From: Nemertoderma westbladi | Taxonomy: Eukaryota; Animalia; Xenacoelomorpha | Direction: 5' to 3' | DNA length: 49,411 nt | NCBI GenBank assembly: GCA_032718475.1 | Contig: JAUCBJ010002146.1 | Coordinates: 1-49,411 of the forward strand | In this document: piece by piece, positions 47,985-49,411 of the stretch | Numbering within the stretch: position 1 is the first letter of the stretch | Layout of the letters: every line of letters begins with the position of its first letter | Made by a program: the position numbers and the translations under genes | Notes under the pieces: model-generated | What the model was told of the DNA's origin: nothing | The model's database searches: none | The model's input: only the letters and a program-made list of their open reading frames with translations

Positions 47985-49411
47985 GCAGGAATCCCTTGTT
48001 TCTAGTGTTTACTCTACTTGTGTTGCAGGAATCCCTTGTTTCTAGTGTTTACTCTACTTGTGTTGCAGGAATCCCTTGTTTCTAGTGTTTACTCTACTTG
48101 TGTTGCAGGAATCCCTTGTTTCTAGTGTTTACTCTACTTGTGTTGCAGGAATCCCTTGTTTCTAGTGTTTACTCTACTTGTGTTGCAGGAATCCCTTGTT
48201 TCTAGTGTTTACTCTACTTGTGTTGCAGGAATCCCTTGTTTCTAGTGTTTACTCTACTTGTGTTGCAGGAATCCCTTGTTTCTAGTGTTTACTCTACTTG
48301 TGTTCCAGGAATCCCTTGTTTCTAGTGTTTACTCTACTTGTGTTGCAGGAATCCCTTGTTTCTAGTGTTTACTCTACTTGTGTTGCAGGAATCCCTTGTT
48401 TCTAGTGTTTACTCTACTTGTGTTGCAGGAATCCCTTGTTTCTAGTGTTTACTCTACTTGTGTTGCAGGAATCCCTTGTTTCTAGTGTTTACTCTACTTG
48501 TGTTGCAGGAATCCCTTGTTTCTAGTGTTTACTCTACTTGTGTTGCAGGAATCCCTTGTTTCTAGTGTTTACTCTACTTGTGTTCCAGGAATCCCTTGTT
48601 TCTAGTGTTTACTCTACTTGTGTTGCAGGAATCCCTTGTTTCTAGTGTTTACTCTACTTGTGTTGCAGGAATCCCTTGTTTCTAGTGTTTAATCTACTTG
48701 TGTTCCAGGAATCCCTTGTTTCTAGTGTTTACTCTACTTGTGTTGCAGGAATCCCTTGTTTCTAGTGTTTACTCTACTTGTGTTGCAGGAATCCCTTGTT
48801 TCTAGTGTTTACTCTACTTGTGTTGCAGGAATCCCTTGTTTCTAGTGTTTACTCTACTTGTGTTGCAGGAATCCCTTGTTTCTAGTGTTTACTCTACTTG
48901 TGTTGCAGGAATCCCTTGTTTCTAGTGTTTACTCTACTTGTGTTGCAGGAATCCCTTGTTTCTAGTGTTTACTCTACTTGTGTTCCAGGAATCCCTTGTT
49001 TCTAGTGTTTACTCTACTTGTGTTGCAGGAATCCCTTGTTTCTAGTGTTTACTCTACTTGTGTTGCAGGAATCCCTTGTTTCTAGTGTTTACTCTACTTG
49101 TGTTGCAGGAATCCCTTGTTTCTAGTGTTTACTCTACTTGTGTTGCAGGAATCCCTTGTTTCTAGTGTTTACTCTACTTGTGTTGCAGGAATCCCTTGTT
49201 TCTAGTGTTTACTCTACTTGTGTTGCAGGAATCCCTTGTTTCTAGTGTTTACTCTACTTGTGTTGCATGAATCCCGTGTTTCTAGTGTTTACTCTACTTG
49301 TGTTGCAGGAATCCCTTGTTTCTAGTGTTTACTCTACTTGTGTTGCAGGAATCCCTTGTTTCTAGTGTTTACTCTACTTGTGTTGCAGGAATCCCTTGTT
49401 TCTAGTGTTTA
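47985..49411. repeat. 40-bp minisatellite, at least 35 copies, runs off the window end
   Basis: Unit GCAGGAATCCCTTGTTTCTAGTGTTTACTCTACTTGTGTT, highly homogeneous and unrelated to the AACS 40-mer. Confidence 0.96.

Overview
Animal (invertebrate-like) nuclear DNA with GT-AG introns; not prokaryotic. Three protein-coding genes can be reconstructed. (1) An intronless IFT81 (-, 100..2121, 673 aa) with a paired RFX X-box upstream, apparently nested antisense in an intron of (2) acetoacetyl-CoA synthetase AACS (+; last three coding exons 2658-2912, 15048-15250, 18554-18715). (3) A convergent 14-exon M1-family membrane aminopeptidase N-like gene (-, 46290..19111, about 989 aa when spliced) with HEXXH-X18-E and a variant LGMEN motif. 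Introns are inflated by many unrelated minisatellites and by non-LTR retroelements (RTE-type, RTE-X/L2-like). The most unusual pattern is that three independent arrays (40 bp x ~275, 33 bp x ~73, 63 bp x 24) are each built from the end of an exon plus its 5' splice site. This gives tens to hundreds of tandem donor sites, and in two arrays the first several are in frame. The AACS intron also holds an inverted pair of minimal hammerhead ribozymes of the Penelope/retrozyme type. Most long ORFs in the ORF track are artefacts of the tandem repeats. The species cannot be determined from this sequence.
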